Assembly: GCA_045807225.1 (NCBI GenBank)
Contig: JBJMHU010000061.1
Span: forward strand, 2,185 to 66,184
Length of the DNA: 64,000 nucleotides
Direction: 5' to 3'
Source: Ornithinibacter sp.
GTDB lineage: Bacteria; Actinomycetota; Actinomycetes; Actinomycetales; Dermatophilaceae
A program made the position numbers and the translations under genes. Each line of letters starts with the position of its first letter. Positions within the stretch are counted from its first letter, which is position 1. This document shows positions 21,878-32,362 of the stretch, one piece after another. Below the pieces are notes generated by a model, which saw nothing but the letters and a program-made list of their open reading frames with translations, made no database searches and had not been told where the DNA came from.

Positions 21878-22351
21878 TCAGGCGGTGCTGGCGCCGAGGT
21901 GGGCGAGCAGGTTGTGCGCGAACCGCTGGCCCATCAGGGCGACGACGCCCTTCATCGCGGTCGTCACCGCGGGCCGCACGATGCCGGGGAAGGGCAGGTC
22001 GACGGTGATCTGCATGGAGGTCTCGAGGTGGGTGCCCGAGGGCCGCGGGGCGAGCTTGTACCAGCCCACCACGCCGGCGCTCTCGTCCGCGCCGGGAGCG
22101 GGGTCGTGGGTGAAGTCGATGCGGTGCGGCTCGTCGAAGTCCATCCGCTCCCGGAAGGTGAACGAGAACGTGGCGCCGAGCACGGGCACCTTGGTCAGCT
22201 GCCAGACCCAGTGCTCGCCCTCCTCCTTCACGGAGTGCAGGAACGGGGTGAGCCGGGCGATCTGGTCGGGGTCGGTGAGCACCTGCCACACGGCATCCAC
22301 GTCGGCGGTGACGGTGGCCGCGGAGCGGTTCGCGGTCGAGAACGTGGCCAT
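21878..22351 (-). CDS. SRPBCC/CoxG family protein
   Basis: VDAVWQVLTDP N-terminal motif; helix-grip-fold size. Confidence 0.75.
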   Translation of the reverse strand: MATFSTANRSAATVTADVDAVWQVLTDPDQIARLTPFLHSVKEEGEHWVWQLTKVPVLGATFSFTFRERMDFDEPHRIDFTHDPAPGADESAGVVGWYKLAPRPSGTHLETSMQITVDLPFPGIVRPAVTTAMKGVVALMGQRFAHNLLAHLGASTA

Positions 22352-22353
22352 GC

Positions 22354-23202
22354 TCAGGGGGTGATCGTCATGGCGGCCATGACCCGGCGGGCCACCTGGT
22401 CGTCACCGTGCACCACCACGTGCAGGTCGTCGGGGGAGCGGCGACCGCCGATCAGCCGGCCCGCGACCGCGGTCGACATGGTGAGCGACGTGGTGACGAC
22501 GTCGGGGTGCTCGTCGGCCTCGCCGGTGAACAGCGGGATGCCGCGCGCCTTGCCGTCGTGCTCCTCGACGCGCGCCCCGGCGCGCCCGACGGTCGGCCCG
22601 GTGAGGTCGAGGACGACGGCGTTGCCCGGCTCGATGCCGGCGGTCCTGGCCACGATGCGCGGCAGGGCCGCGAACAGCCGGGCCACCGCGTGCGCGGCCG
22701 CCGCGGAGTCGAGCCCGCCGGGGCGCTCGATGGCCTCGCGGATGTCCTGCTCGTGCACCCAGACGTCGAAGGTCCGCACCCCGAGCCGGTCACCCGCCGT
22801 CACCCGGCCGAAGGGGGAGTCGACCTCGACCTGCGCCCACTCCGTGCCCGAGCGGTAGACCGAGAGTCGCTCGGCCAGGCGCTCCTCGAGCTCGTCGAGC
22901 ACCTCCTCGAGGTCGCGGCCGCGGCGGGACTCGACGTACTTCTCCATCAGCTCACCGAACGAGTGACGCACGTGCGCGTGCCGGCTGACGTCGACCTCGG
23001 GCACCGGCTCGCCGGCGACCATCGCCTCGGCGGCCGCGACGTGCGCGATCTGGTCGAGCACCGTCCACCCCGGGCAGTCGGTGGGGCGGGCGGCGTCGGC
23101 CGGCCGCATCGTGCGGCCGAGGTCGATGACGTGCTGCACCGTCTGCGCGTACGCGTCGACCAGCTCGCCGAGGTCGCTCGGGGCCGGGGGGTGCAGGGAC
23201 AT
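22354..23202 (-). CDS. Mycothiol-dependent maleylpyruvate isomerase family (DinB-like) protein
   Basis: PTDCPGWTVLDQIAHV and FDVWVHEQDIR motifs. Confidence 0.85.
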   Translation of the reverse strand: MSLHPPAPSDLGELVDAYAQTVQHVIDLGRTMRPADAARPTDCPGWTVLDQIAHVAAAEAMVAGEPVPEVDVSRHAHVRHSFGELMEKYVESRRGRDLEEVLDELEERLAERLSVYRSGTEWAQVEVDSPFGRVTAGDRLGVRTFDVWVHEQDIREAIERPGGLDSAAAAHAVARLFAALPRIVARTAGIEPGNAVVLDLTGPTVGRAGARVEEHDGKARGIPLFTGEADEHPDVVTTSLTMSTAVAGRLIGGRRSPDDLHVVVHGDDQVARRVMAAMTITP

Positions 23203-23229
23203 GCGGCCACAGTACCTACGCTGGTCCTC

Positions 23230-25227
23230 ATGGCCACCCCCGAGCACCCGCCGGCCGAGCGAGCGCCGGGGGTCGCTCGTGCCCTCGGTCTCGCGGTCGT
23301 GGCGGGGCTGCTGGGGGCGCTGGTCGCCGCGCTGATCACGGGGGCCACCGCCCCCCTCCAGCTGGCCGACCCCGGCGCGCTGGTGCGCTGGGGGCTGCCG
23401 CTCGTGGGGGCGGTGAGCACCCTGGCGTCCGCCGCCACCGTGGGGCTGCTGGGCCTGGCCGCCTTCCTCGTGCCCGAGCGCGCCCGCACCAACCGCCGCG
23501 TCACCGCCACCCGCTACGCCGCCACCGCGGCCACGGTGTGGGCGGTGGCCGCGCTGCTCGAGGTGGTGCTGACCTTCGCCGACCTCGCCGGCACGCCGCT
23601 CACCAGCGCCGGCCTGTTCGACCAGCTGGTGTCCTTCACCTGGACCCTGGAGACGACCCGGGTGCTGCTCATCAGCGCCCTCGTGGCCGTCGTGGTGGCG
23701 GTGTCGGCGCGGCTCACCACCCGCAGGGCGCCGATGGCGTGGCTCGCGGTGCTCACCCTCGGCGCGGTCGTCATCCTCGCGCTCACGGGTCACGCGGCCG
23801 GCTCGGTCAGCCACGAGGATGCCGTCAACGCCCTCGGCGTGCACCTGCTCGGCGTCGTGGTCTGGACCGGTGGGCTGATCGGCCTGGTCGCCCTGCGCCG
23901 ACCGCTCGGCACCGACCTCGGCACGACCGTGGAGCGCTACTCGACCGTGGCGGCGTGGTGCTTCGCGGCCGTGGCCCTCACCGGGGTGCAGCAGGCCTGG
24001 ATCCGGGTGGGGTCGCTCGAGGGGCTCACCACTCCCTACGGCATCGTCGTGCTGCTCAAGACCGCGGCGATGGTGGCGCTGGGCGTGCTCGGCTGGCTGC
24101 ACCGGCGCAACATCGTCGAGGTGCTCACCCAGCGGCCCGGCGACGGGCGTGCCTTCGCCCGGCTGGCGGTCGCCGAGATCACCCTCATGGGCGCGGCCAC
24201 CGGGCTCGCCGCGGTGCTCGCGCGCAGCGAGCCCCCGGTTCCCGATGCTCCACCGGTGGCCAGCCGGGTGCTCGAGCTGAGCGGCTACCCCGACCCCGGG
24301 CCGATGGTGGGCGCCGACTGGATCGCGGCCTGGCGCATCGACTGGCTCTTCCTCGGCACCGCGGCACTGGCCGTCGGCCTCTACCTCGCGGGGGTGGTGC
24401 GGCTGCGCCGGCGCGGCGACGCCTGGCCGGTGGCCCGCACCATCTGCTGGGTGCTCGGGTGGGCCCTGTTCGTGTGGGCCACCTGCGGTGGCCCCGGCAT
24501 CTGGGGGCGGGTGCTGTTCAGCACGCACATGGTGCTGCACATGGCCGTGGCGATGACGGTGCCGCTGCTCCTGGTGCCCGGGGCGCCGGTGACGCTGGCG
24601 CTGCGGGCCCTCAGGGCACGCCCCGACAAGTCGTGGGGGCCGCGTGAGGTGCTGCTCCAGGTGGTGCACTCGCGGGCGATGCACGTGCTGGCCAACCCGG
24701 TCGTGGCGGCATCCCTGTTCTTCTTCAGCCTCGCGGCGTTCTACTGGACCGGCCTGTTCGGGCTCTCGCTCACCACCCACACCGGGCACCTGCTGATGAT
24801 GGCCCACTTCCTGCTCACCGGTTACCTGTTCGTCTGGGTGCTGATCGGCATCGACCCCGGGCCGCCGCGGTGGTCGCCGCTCGCGCTGCTCGTCGTCCTG
24901 TTCGCCACCATCTCGTTCCACGCCTTCTTCGGGGTGGCGCTCACCGGCAGCGAGACCCTGCTGGCGCCCGACTTCTTCGGGCAGGTGAATCTGCCGTGGG
25001 GCCCCGACCCGCTGCTCGACCAGCACCGGGCCGGTGAGATCGCCTGGGGGTTCGGCGAGGCGCCCACCCTGTTCCTCGCCGTGGTCGTGGCCTTCCAGTG
25101 GTTCCGGCGCGACGAGCAGGAGACCCGGCGCAAGGACCGCCAGGCCGACCGTGACGGCGATGCCGAGCTCAAGGCCTACAACGCGTACCTGGGCCGCCTG
25201 CGCAACGAGGCCGAGCACCTTGACTAG
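23230..25227 (+). CDS. CopD/CtaG fusion (copper resistance D plus caa3 cytochrome c oxidase assembly factor)
   Basis: LTGHAAG, VHLLGVVVWTGG, FSTHMVLHM, SFHAFFG, DQ..AG.IAW and ELKAYNAYL motifs. Confidence 0.85.
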   Translation: MATPEHPPAERAPGVARALGLAVVAGLLGALVAALITGATAPLQLADPGALVRWGLPLVGAVSTLASAATVGLLGLAAFLVPERARTNRRVTATRYAATAATVWAVAALLEVVLTFADLAGTPLTSAGLFDQLVSFTWTLETTRVLLISALVAVVVAVSARLTTRRAPMAWLAVLTLGAVVILALTGHAAGSVSHEDAVNALGVHLLGVVVWTGGLIGLVALRRPLGTDLGTTVERYSTVAAWCFAAVALTGVQQAWIRVGSLEGLTTPYGIVVLLKTAAMVALGVLGWLHRRNIVEVLTQRPGDGRAFARLAVAEITLMGAATGLAAVLARSEPPVPDAPPVASRVLELSGYPDPGPMVGADWIAAWRIDWLFLGTAALAVGLYLAGVVRLRRRGDAWPVARTICWVLGWALFVWATCGGPGIWGRVLFSTHMVLHMAVAMTVPLLLVPGAPVTLALRALRARPDKSWGPREVLLQVVHSRAMHVLANPVVAASLFFFSLAAFYWTGLFGLSLTTHTGHLLMMAHFLLTGYLFVWVLIGIDPGPPRWSPLALLVVLFATISFHAFFGVALTGSETLLAPDFFGQVNLPWGPDPLLDQHRAGEIAWGFGEAPTLFLAVVVAFQWFRRDEQETRRKDRQADRDGDAELKAYNAYLGRLRNEAEHLD

Positions 25228-25243
25228 CGGGGAGAATGCCGCC

Positions 25244-26083
25244 ATGCGCATCGCGGTCATCCAGCTCGGCTACGACGACGACGAGCCCTTCGACGCCCGG
25301 GTCGACCGGGTGGCGGCGCTGGTCGCCCAGCAGGCCGGTCACGACCTGGTCGTCCTGCCGGAGCTGTGGGGGGCCACGGGGTTCGACTACACCCGCTGGG
25401 CCGGCGAGGCCCAGCCGCTCGACGGCCCCTGGGCCCGGGCGATGGCGGATGCCGCGCGCGCGGCATCCGTGACCCTGCACGCCGGCTCGTTCGTGGAGCG
25501 GCTGCCCCAGCCCGGCGCCGACGGCAACGACCTGGCCAACACCTCGCTGCTGCTGGATGCCGGGGGGTCGACCCTCGCCGTCTACCGCAAGATCCACCGG
25601 TTCGGTTTCGGGGCGGGCGAGCCGCGGCTGATGGAGGCCGGTGCCGATGTGGTGGTCGCCGAGCTTGCTTCTGCTTCGGGGGAGTCGGTGAGGGTCGGCC
25701 TGTCCACGTGCTACGACCTGCGCTTCCCCGAGCTCTACCGCCGGCAGGTCGTCGCCGGGGCGGAGCTGTTCCTCGTGCCGGCCGCCTGGCCCGCCGCGCG
25801 GGTGGGGCACTGGACCCTGCTCGGGCGGGCCCGGGCCGTCGAGAACCAGTGCGTCGTCGTGCAGTGCAACACCGCGGGCACGCACGCCGGGTACCCGATG
25901 GGCGGGCACAGCCAGGTCGTCACGGCGAGCGGGGAGGTTCTCGCGGAGGCCGACGCGGCGGGGGATGGCACGAGCGGCAGGTCGAGCGCGGGGCAGGAGT
26001 GCGTGCTCTCGGTCGAGGTCGACCTGGCGGCGACCCGCGACTACCGCACGCACTTCCCGGTGCTCGACGACCGCCGCCTGTAG
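25244..26083 (+). CDS. Carbon-nitrogen hydrolase (nitrilase family)
   Basis: VLPELW, YRKIH and TCYDLRFPE give the Glu-Lys-Cys triad. Confidence 0.9.
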   Translation: MRIAVIQLGYDDDEPFDARVDRVAALVAQQAGHDLVVLPELWGATGFDYTRWAGEAQPLDGPWARAMADAARAASVTLHAGSFVERLPQPGADGNDLANTSLLLDAGGSTLAVYRKIHRFGFGAGEPRLMEAGADVVVAELASASGESVRVGLSTCYDLRFPELYRRQVVAGAELFLVPAAWPAARVGHWTLLGRARAVENQCVVVQCNTAGTHAGYPMGGHSQVVTASGEVLAEADAAGDGTSGRSSAGQECVLSVEVDLAATRDYRTHFPVLDDRRL

Positions 26084-26100
26084 CGCACCTTTCTCACCCC

Positions 26101-26208
26101 GTTGGGTGCTCAGGTGGTCGGCCGGGCAGCCACCAGAGCACCCAAGCCGAGGGCCGTTCAGAGTTGGGTGCTGAGACGGCTGCTCCGACGGCCACGTGAG
26201 CACCCGAC
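26101..26208. repeat. Two ~46-bp palindromic REP-like repeats in opposite orientation
   Basis: GTTGGGTGCTCAGGTGGTCG...GAGCACCCAA (26101-26145) and a reverse-oriented copy (26163-26208). Confidence 0.85.
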
Positions 26209-26217
26209 CCCAGCGGC

Positions 26218-27129
26218 TCAGGCCGCCAGGGGCACTCCCAGCCCGATGAGGTCGCGCATCAGGGCGACCGGTTCGTGTCGCACCTCGTACGCGGTGCACC
26301 GGATGACGATGCGCCGGTCCGAGGTCAGACCCCGGTGCCTCTGCACGTCGGCCGTGTAGGCGTCGACGTCGAGGTGGAATGCGCCGTCGATCTCGAGCAC
26401 CAGAACCCGGCCGTCGGCCAGCTGCCACTCGCAGTCGGTGTACCTCAGCCGACCGGACCGGTCCCGGCGCCGCTGCTGCCGACGAGGAGGCGCCAGACCC
26501 CAAGCGCGGCAGAGACGGAGCACGTCGATCTCGGCCAGTGACTGCGACCCACCGGCCACGTCGGCCAGCAGCTCACGGATGGCCGCGGCACGGCGGAGGG
26601 GGCGTAGCGTGCGGGTCCACTCGAGCAGGTTCGCAGGTGTGGTCAGCTGCTGCTGCACGGTGGCGGTGACGGCTCCGAGTGCCGTGCGGGTGGAATCCTC
26701 GTGAGCGGCGAACAGCAGGACGGCCGGTTCAATCCGGGCCGACCTGGGTGCCCGAGCGGGATGCCGCATAGCCGCCAATGAGCGCCTGGTTCGGAAGTAG
26801 CGGACCCCCTCGATGGGATCGAACGAGAGCTCCTGGTCGACCAGGACGGTCACTTCCTCGCGTCTCCAGTTCCTCATCCCCATCTGCTCAGCCGCGGTCA
26901 GGCCGCCGAGGAGTGCCTGTGGCCCGGCATGCTCGACCGCAACCCAGAGCCGCTGTGCCCGCGACAGTGGCCCTGTGGTCGTCGTGAAGACGGAGTGAGT
27001 GCGCTCGGCCCATCGACCGGCCCGGACCTGGTTCCTCACGAACCCGCGGGTCACCGCCAGCTCGCGCAGCGTCGCCTCCGAGAGCACCCCGCACTGGCTC
27101 TCGGCGACCTCTTGCCACGGTCTCCCCAC
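26218..27129 (-). CDS. AbiEi-like N-terminal domain plus Vsr/DUF559-like PD-(D/E)XK nuclease protein
   Basis: AESQCGVLS...RAGRW N-terminus; GSQSLAE; YTDCEW...VLEIDGAFH C-terminus; more A/T-ending codons than neighbouring genes; start at GTG 27129 is inferred. Confidence 0.7.
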   Translation of the reverse strand: MGRPWQEVAESQCGVLSEATLRELAVTRGFVRNQVRAGRWAERTHSVFTTTTGPLSRAQRLWVAVEHAGPQALLGGLTAAEQMGMRNWRREEVTVLVDQELSFDPIEGVRYFRTRRSLAAMRHPARAPRSARIEPAVLLFAAHEDSTRTALGAVTATVQQQLTTPANLLEWTRTLRPLRRAAAIRELLADVAGGSQSLAEIDVLRLCRAWGLAPPRRQQRRRDRSGRLRYTDCEWQLADGRVLVLEIDGAFHLDVDAYTADVQRHRGLTSDRRIVIRCTAYEVRHEPVALMRDLIGLGVPLAA

Positions 27130-27185
27130 GGCGGGAAGTCTGCTCGGATCGGCCGACCCGGCCGCGAAGTTCTCCACAGGCCCGA

Positions 27186-27290
27186 GTTGGGTGCTCAGGT
27201 GGTCGCCGGAGCAGCCCTCTGAGCACCCAACTCGGGGCACCTCGCGGGTTGGGTGCTCAGGTGGTCGCCGGGGCAGCCGTTTCAGCACCC
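27186..27290. repeat. Two ~46-bp palindromic REP-like repeats in direct orientation
   Basis: GTTGGGTGCTCAGGTGGTCGCCGG..CAGCC....AGCACCC at 27186-27231 and 27248-27290. Confidence 0.85.
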
Positions 27291-27311
27291 GTCTCTGGGA
27301 GAGTGGGCCGC

Positions 27312-28676
27312 ATGGACGATGCCGTCGCCGAGCTGGTGGGGCTGCTGCCCGAGGGGGTGGTGGTCACTACCCCGGATGCCGTGGAGAAGTACCGCTTCGA
27401 CTGGACGCACGACGCCACGGCCGGCGCTCCGCTGGCCGCGGTGCGGGTCGAGACCGCCGCCCACGTGCAGGCGACGATGCGCTGGGCGAGCCGGCACGGC
27501 ATCCCCGTCGTGCCGCGAGGCGCCGGCTCGGGACTCTCGGGCGGTGCGCTCGCCGTCGACGGCGGCATCGTGCTGTCGACCGAGCGGATGCGCTCCATCG
27601 AGATCGACACCGCCAGCCGGGTGGCCGTGGTCGAGCCCGGCGCCCTCAACGTGGAGGTCAAGCGGGCGGCGGCGGCCGAGGGCCTCTGGTACCCGCCCGA
27701 CCCCAGCTCGTACGAGATCTGCTCGATCGGCGGCAACATCGCCACCAACGCCGGGGGCCTGTGCTGCGTGAAGTACGGCGTCACGACGGACTACGTGCTG
27801 GGCCTCGACGTGGTGCTCGCCGACGGCACCCTGCTCACCCTCGGCGGCAAGCGGGTCAAGGACGTCGCGGGGTTGCCGCTGCTCAAGCTCTTCGTCGGGT
27901 CCGAGGGCACCCTGGGCATCGTCACGAGGGCGACGCTGCGCCTGGTGCCCGCGCAGGCCCCGCGGTCGACGGTCGTGGCCACCTTCCCGACCGTCGCCGC
28001 CGCGGCGGCCGCCGTCATCGAGCTGGGCCGCACGGTGCGCGCCTCGCTGGTCGAGCTGATGGACCACGCCTCGATCAATGCGGTCGAGGACTTCCGGGCG
28101 ATGGGCCTGGACCGGGATGCCGGTGCGCTGCTCCTCATCCAGTCCGACGCCCCGGGCCCCTCCCGCGCCGACGAGGTGGCCGTGGCCACCGCGGCGTGCG
28201 AGGTGTCCGGCGCCAAGGTGGTCTTCGCCACCGACGACCCCGACGAGGGTGAGCTGTTCGTGCAGGCGCGGCGGCTGCACTTCACGGCCATCGAGACCCG
28301 CGGGTCGGTGCTGCCCGAGGACGTCGGGGTGCCGATCCCGAACCTGCCGGCCCTGCTCGCCGCCGTCGAGGCCATCGCGGTGCGGCACGACCTGGAGATC
28401 CCGGTGGTGGCCCACGCCGGCGACGGCAACACCCACCCGGCGATCATCTACGACCCCGGCGACCCGGAGGCCGAGGCCCGCGCCCGGCTCGCCTTCGACG
28501 AGATCATGGCGACGGCCATCGAGCTCGGCGGCACGATCACCGGCGAGCACGGGGTGGGCCGGCTCAAGGTCGGCTCGCTCGCCGCACAGCTCGGCCCGGA
28601 CGTCATGGCCCTCACCCGTCGGGTCAAGTACGCCCTCGACCCACGCGGCATCCTCAACCCCGGAGCCGGCTTCTGA
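27312..28676 (+). CDS. FAD-linked oxidase (GlcD/D-lactate dehydrogenase family)
   Basis: PRGAGSGLSGG, IGGNIATNAGG, GSEGTLG, HAGDGNTH and GEHGVG motifs. Confidence 0.9.
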   Translation: MDDAVAELVGLLPEGVVVTTPDAVEKYRFDWTHDATAGAPLAAVRVETAAHVQATMRWASRHGIPVVPRGAGSGLSGGALAVDGGIVLSTERMRSIEIDTASRVAVVEPGALNVEVKRAAAAEGLWYPPDPSSYEICSIGGNIATNAGGLCCVKYGVTTDYVLGLDVVLADGTLLTLGGKRVKDVAGLPLLKLFVGSEGTLGIVTRATLRLVPAQAPRSTVVATFPTVAAAAAAVIELGRTVRASLVELMDHASINAVEDFRAMGLDRDAGALLLIQSDAPGPSRADEVAVATAACEVSGAKVVFATDDPDEGELFVQARRLHFTAIETRGSVLPEDVGVPIPNLPALLAAVEAIAVRHDLEIPVVAHAGDGNTHPAIIYDPGDPEAEARARLAFDEIMATAIELGGTITGEHGVGRLKVGSLAAQLGPDVMALTRRVKYALDPRGILNPGAGF

Positions 28677-28788
28677 GCCGGCGCGCGGCCACCCGAAACC
28701 TCCCTGTCACGCAGCCGCAGGTCGGCCTCCAACGGACCTAAAGTCAGTGGGCTGGCCGAAAACAGCGGCCCCCACCAAGGAGTTCTCC

Positions 28789-29040
28789 ATGTACATCGGA
28801 CTCGGCATCTTCCTGTTGGTCGTCGGCGCGATCCTCTACTTCGCCGTACCCGACACCCAGCTCGCCGGCATCGACCTGACGACCGTGGGCATCATCCTCA
28901 TGGTCGCCGGCGTGCTCGCCATCATCCTGTCGTTCCTCGCAACCCGGCGCCGCCCGGTCGGCTACACCACGACCCGCGAGAGCCAGGTCGACCCGGCCAG
29001 CGGGTCGCGCGTCGACCGCACGGACGTCGACCCCCGCTGA
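28789..29040 (+). CDS. Small 2-TM membrane protein (DUF6458-like)
   Basis: AAGGAG RBS; MYIGLGIFLLVVGAILYFAV...IDLTTVGIILMVAG. Confidence 0.8.
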   Translation: MYIGLGIFLLVVGAILYFAVPDTQLAGIDLTTVGIILMVAGVLAIILSFLATRRRPVGYTTTRESQVDPASGSRVDRTDVDPR

Positions 29041-29083
29041 CCGCACGAGCACGGCATCGCGGATGCCGTCGCCGCACCGAACG

Positions 29084-29120
29084 CCGAACGGCCCACCCCT
29101 GCGCGGGGTGGGCCGTTCGG
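29084..29120. terminator. Bidirectional terminator hairpin
   Basis: CCGAACGGCCCACCCC-TGCGC-GGGGTGGGCCGTTCGG between convergent genes. Confidence 0.75.
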
Positions 29121-29138
29121 TGTCCTGGGGGTGTCGGC

Positions 29139-31010
29139 TCAGAACGCCGACTCGGGCACGTCCATGAGGAGGGAGTCGGTGGCCTCGGCCATGGCGCGCT
29201 CGGCGGTGAGCCGGGGCAGCACCTGCCGGGCGTAGAACTGGGCCGCGGCCACCTTGCCCTCGTAGAAGTCCTTGTCCTTGCCGGAGGCGCCGGCAGCCAG
29301 GGCGTCGAGCGCCACAGCGGCCTGGCGCAGCAGCAGCCAGCCGACGACGAGGTCACCGGCACCGAGCAGCAGGCGCGAGGTGTTCTGGCCGACGGTGTAG
29401 AGGTTGGTGACCTCGCCACCGTTGCGCGGGTCGCTCTTCATCAGCTCGCCGACCATGAAGCCCAGGATGCCCTGCACGTCCTCCAGGCCCTGGCCGAGCA
29501 GCTCGCGGTCGTGGTCGAGGCGGCCCTCGTGGCCGCCGAGGTCCTTGGCGAACTCCTGCATCTGGGTGGACAGGTAGGTGAGCGCCTGGCCCTTGTCCTT
29601 GACGATCTTGCGGAAGAAGAAGTCCAGGCCCTGGATGGCGGTGGTGCCCTCGTAGAGGGTGTCGATCTTGGCGTCGCGCACGTACTGCTCGACCGGGTAG
29701 TCCTGGAGGAAGCCCGAGCCCCCGAAGGTCTGCAGCGACTCGGTGCCCAGCAGCACCCAGGCCCGCTCGGAGCCCAGGCCCTTGACGATCGGCAGCAGGA
29801 GGTCGTTGACCCGGCTGGCGATGTCGGCGGCCGAGCCGCGCTCGAACTCCATCGAGCCCGTCGAGAGCAGGTGCTGGTCGACGATGTCCTGCTGGCTCGC
29901 GGTGAAGAGCACCAGTGCGCGCAGGCCCTCGGAGTAGGCCTTCTGGGTCATCAGCGACCGGCGCACGTCGGGGTGGTGGGTGATGGTGACGCGCGGGGCG
30001 GCCTTGTCGGTGGACTGGGTGAGGTCGGCGCCCTGCACGCGCTGCTTGGCGTAGTCGAGGGCGTTGAGGTAGCCGGTCGACAGGGTGGCGATGGCCTTGG
30101 TGCCCACCATCATCCGGGCGTTCTCGATGACGTGGAACATCTGGGCGATGCCGTCGTGCACGTCGCCCAGCAGGGTGCCGACGGCAGGCCGCTCACCACC
30201 GAAGGTGAGCTCGCAGGTCGTGGAGGCCTTCAGGCCCATCTTCTTCTCGACGTTGGTGACGTAGACGCCGTTGCGCTCGCCGAGCTCACCTGTCGCGAGG
30301 TCGACGGCGTACTTGGGAAGGATGAACAGCGACAGGCCCTTGGTGCCCGGGCCGGCCCCCTCGGGGCGGGCGAGCACGAAGTGCACGACGTTGTCGACCA
30401 TGTCGCTCTCGGCGCTGGTGATGAAGCGCTTGACGCCGTCGATGGTCCAGGTGCCGTCGGCGTTCTGGGTCGCCCTGGTGCGGCCGGCGCCGACGTCGGA
30501 ACCGGCATCCGGCTCGGTCAGCACCATCGTGCAGTGCCAGTTGTTCTCGACGATCCAGTGCGCGAGCTTCTTCTGGTCGTCGTTGCCGAGGGCGTACAGC
30601 AGCTTGGCGAAGCCGTAGGAGGCCGCGAACATCGCCACGGCCGGGTTCGAGCCGAGCAGCATCTCGTTGACGGCCCAGCGCAGGCTCGGGGGAGCCACGG
30701 TGCCGCCCAGCTCCTCGTTGAGGTCGATGGCCCAGAAGCCGCTGTCGCGGTAGGCGTTGAACGACTTCGTGAACGACGCCGGCATCGTCACGGCCTGGGT
30801 CTGCGGGTCGTAGGCCGGCGGGTGGCGGTCGCCGTCCTGGAAGGACTCGGCCAGCTCGTTCTCGGCCAGGCGGGCGACCTCCTTGAGCATCTCGCGGGCG
30901 GTGTCGGCGTCGATGGCCTCGTACGGGCCGGAGCCCAGCACGTCACCTCGGCCGAGCACCTCGAAGAGGGTGAACTCGATGTCGCGCAGGTTGCTCTTGT
31001 AGTGGCCCAT
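29139..31010 (-). CDS. Acyl-CoA dehydrogenase, FadE5-like
   Basis: [11 protein letters not shown]-terminus, [20 protein letters not shown] and [11 protein letters not shown] motifs. Confidence 0.9.
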   Translation of the reverse strand: MGHYKSNLRDIEFTLFEVLGRGDVLGSGPYEAIDADTAREMLKEVARLAENELAESFQDGDRHPPAYDPQTQAVTMPASFTKSFNAYRDSGFWAIDLNEELGGTVAPPSLRWAVNEMLLGSNPAVAMFAASYGFAKLLYALGNDDQKKLAHWIVENNWHCTMVLTEPDAGSDVGAGRTRATQNADGTWTIDGVKRFITSAESDMVDNVVHFVLARPEGAGPGTKGLSLFILPKYAVDLATGELGERNGVYVTNVEKKMGLKASTTCELTFGGERPAVGTLLGDVHDGIAQMFHVIENARMMVGTKAIATLSTGYLNALDYAKQRVQGADLTQSTDKAAPRVTITHHPDVRRSLMTQKAYSEGLRALVLFTASQQDIVDQHLLSTGSMEFERGSAADIASRVNDLLLPIVKGLGSERAWVLLGTESLQTFGGSGFLQDYPVEQYVRDAKIDTLYEGTTAIQGLDFFFRKIVKDKGQALTYLSTQMQEFAKDLGGHEGRLDHDRELLGQGLEDVQGILGFMVGELMKSDPRNGGEVTNLYTVGQNTSRLLLGAGDLVVGWLLLRQAAVALDALAAGASGKDKDFYEGKVAAAQFYARQVLPRLTAERAMAEATDSLLMDVPESAF

Positions 31011-31054
31011 GGCCGCGTCCTCCAGTTTGGTCAGTGAGCGCTTGCTTACCAGTG

Positions 31055-31072
31055 TGCTACCCACGGGTAACA
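31055..31072. promoter_or_regulatory. Palindromic operator TGCTACCCACGGGTAACA upstream of the FadE5-like gene
   Basis: Near-perfect dyad; related sites occur at 46585-46599 and 46629-46643. Confidence 0.55.
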
Positions 31073-31148
31073 AATTCAAGCGTTCGTGACGAACCAGCCC
31101 GGAACCGGTGCTTGGTACGCAGCGGCCGGCCAGCGGCATACTCACCTC

Positions 31149-32336
31149 GTGAGCATCGTCCCCGTGCCGCTGCGCCGACCGGTGGTCGCGCGTGACAGCA
31201 GCGAGCACGAGCGCGTCTCCACCCCGCTCGAGCTCCTCTTCGACCTCGTCTTCGTCGTTGCCATCGCGAGCAACGCCGCCGAGCTGCACCACGGCCTCGC
31301 CGAGGCGCACTACGGCACGATCGTGGGCTACACGCTCACCTGGTTCGCCATCTGGTGGGCCTGGCTCAACTACACGTGGTACGCCTCGGCCTACGACAAC
31401 GACGACGTGGTCTTCCGCCTGCTGACCTTCGTGATCATGGTCGGAGCGCTGTTCCTCGCCGCCGGGGTGCCCGACATCTTCGAGGACGGCCAGTCGGTCA
31501 CGGTGGTCCTCGGCTACGCCATCATGCGGTTCGCGATGGTCGGGCTCTGGCTGCGGGCCGCCGCCGGCCACCCCGAACGCCGCGAGACCGCGCTCTGGTA
31601 CGCCTGCGGCATCTCCTTCGTGCAGGTGCTGTGGATCGCCCGGCTCTGGGTGCCCGAGTCGTGGCTCATCCCGTCGTTCCTCCTGCTGGTCGGCCTCGAG
31701 CTGCTCGTGCCCGTGCTCGCCGAGCAGCGCCACGGAGCCACCCCGTTCCACCCGCACCACATCGCCGAGCGCTACGGGCAGCTGACGATCCTCGTGCTCG
31801 GCGAGGTCATCCTGTCGTCGGTCCTGGCGATCCAGCAGGTCATGTCGCCCGAGGGTGGCGGCCTCACCTGGGCCCTGGCGCCGCTCATCGCCGGCGGGCT
31901 GCTCATCGTCTTCTCGCTGTGGTGGATGTACTTCTCGCGCGACCACGCCGGCATCCTGGAGACCCCTCGCGGGGCCTGGGTGTTCGGCTACGGTCACCTG
32001 CCGGTGTTCGCCTCGATCGCTGCGGTCGGCGCCGCGCTGGCGGCCGCGGTCGACGTCGTCGAGGGTGACGCGGATGCCGGGCCGCGTCCCATCGCGCTCG
32101 CCCTCGCCGGGGCCGTGTCGATCGTCGCGCTCGCCATCTCCGGCTTGCACGCGTTGAGCGACCGCGAGACGGTGGCGACGATGGTTCCGGCGGCGGTGGT
32201 CACGGTGCTCTGCCTAGCGGTGGCGCTGCTGGTGCCCTCCATGGGGGTCGCCGTGCTGCTCATCGGCCTGGTGCTCGCCACGTCGGTGGCGGTGCGCGTC
32301 GTCTCGGTGTCGCGCTCGACGCAGGGGCTGCGCTGA
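31149..32336 (+). CDS. Low temperature requirement protein A (LtrA) family membrane protein
   Basis: [32 protein letters not shown] and YGHL motifs. Confidence 0.88.
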   Translation: MSIVPVPLRRPVVARDSSEHERVSTPLELLFDLVFVVAIASNAAELHHGLAEAHYGTIVGYTLTWFAIWWAWLNYTWYASAYDNDDVVFRLLTFVIMVGALFLAAGVPDIFEDGQSVTVVLGYAIMRFAMVGLWLRAAAGHPERRETALWYACGISFVQVLWIARLWVPESWLIPSFLLLVGLELLVPVLAEQRHGATPFHPHHIAERYGQLTILVLGEVILSSVLAIQQVMSPEGGGLTWALAPLIAGGLLIVFSLWWMYFSRDHAGILETPRGAWVFGYGHLPVFASIAAVGAALAAAVDVVEGDADAGPRPIALALAGAVSIVALAISGLHALSDRETVATMVPAAVVTVLCLAVALLVPSMGVAVLLIGLVLATSVAVRVVSVSRSTQGLR

Positions 32337-32362
32337 CGGGCGAGGGCGGGACGTCCGCCCCG

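Noticed and set aside
22354-25260. 968-aa and 939-aa ORFs in the track suggesting large fusion proteins (likewise the 1003-aa ORF at 29139-32150)
   Set aside because: The extensions are antisense read-through of the divergent neighbouring gene; the real starts are 23202, 23230 and 31010
26101-27290. Palindromic repeats as a CRISPR array or IS ends
   Set aside because: Only two units per side with ~16-bp gaps, mixed orientation, no cas genes and no DDE/HUH transposase motif
28690-28780. Possible riboswitch upstream of the small membrane protein gene
   Set aside because: Only a short GCTG/CAGC and GGGC/GCCC hairpin; no aptamer consensus I can recognise
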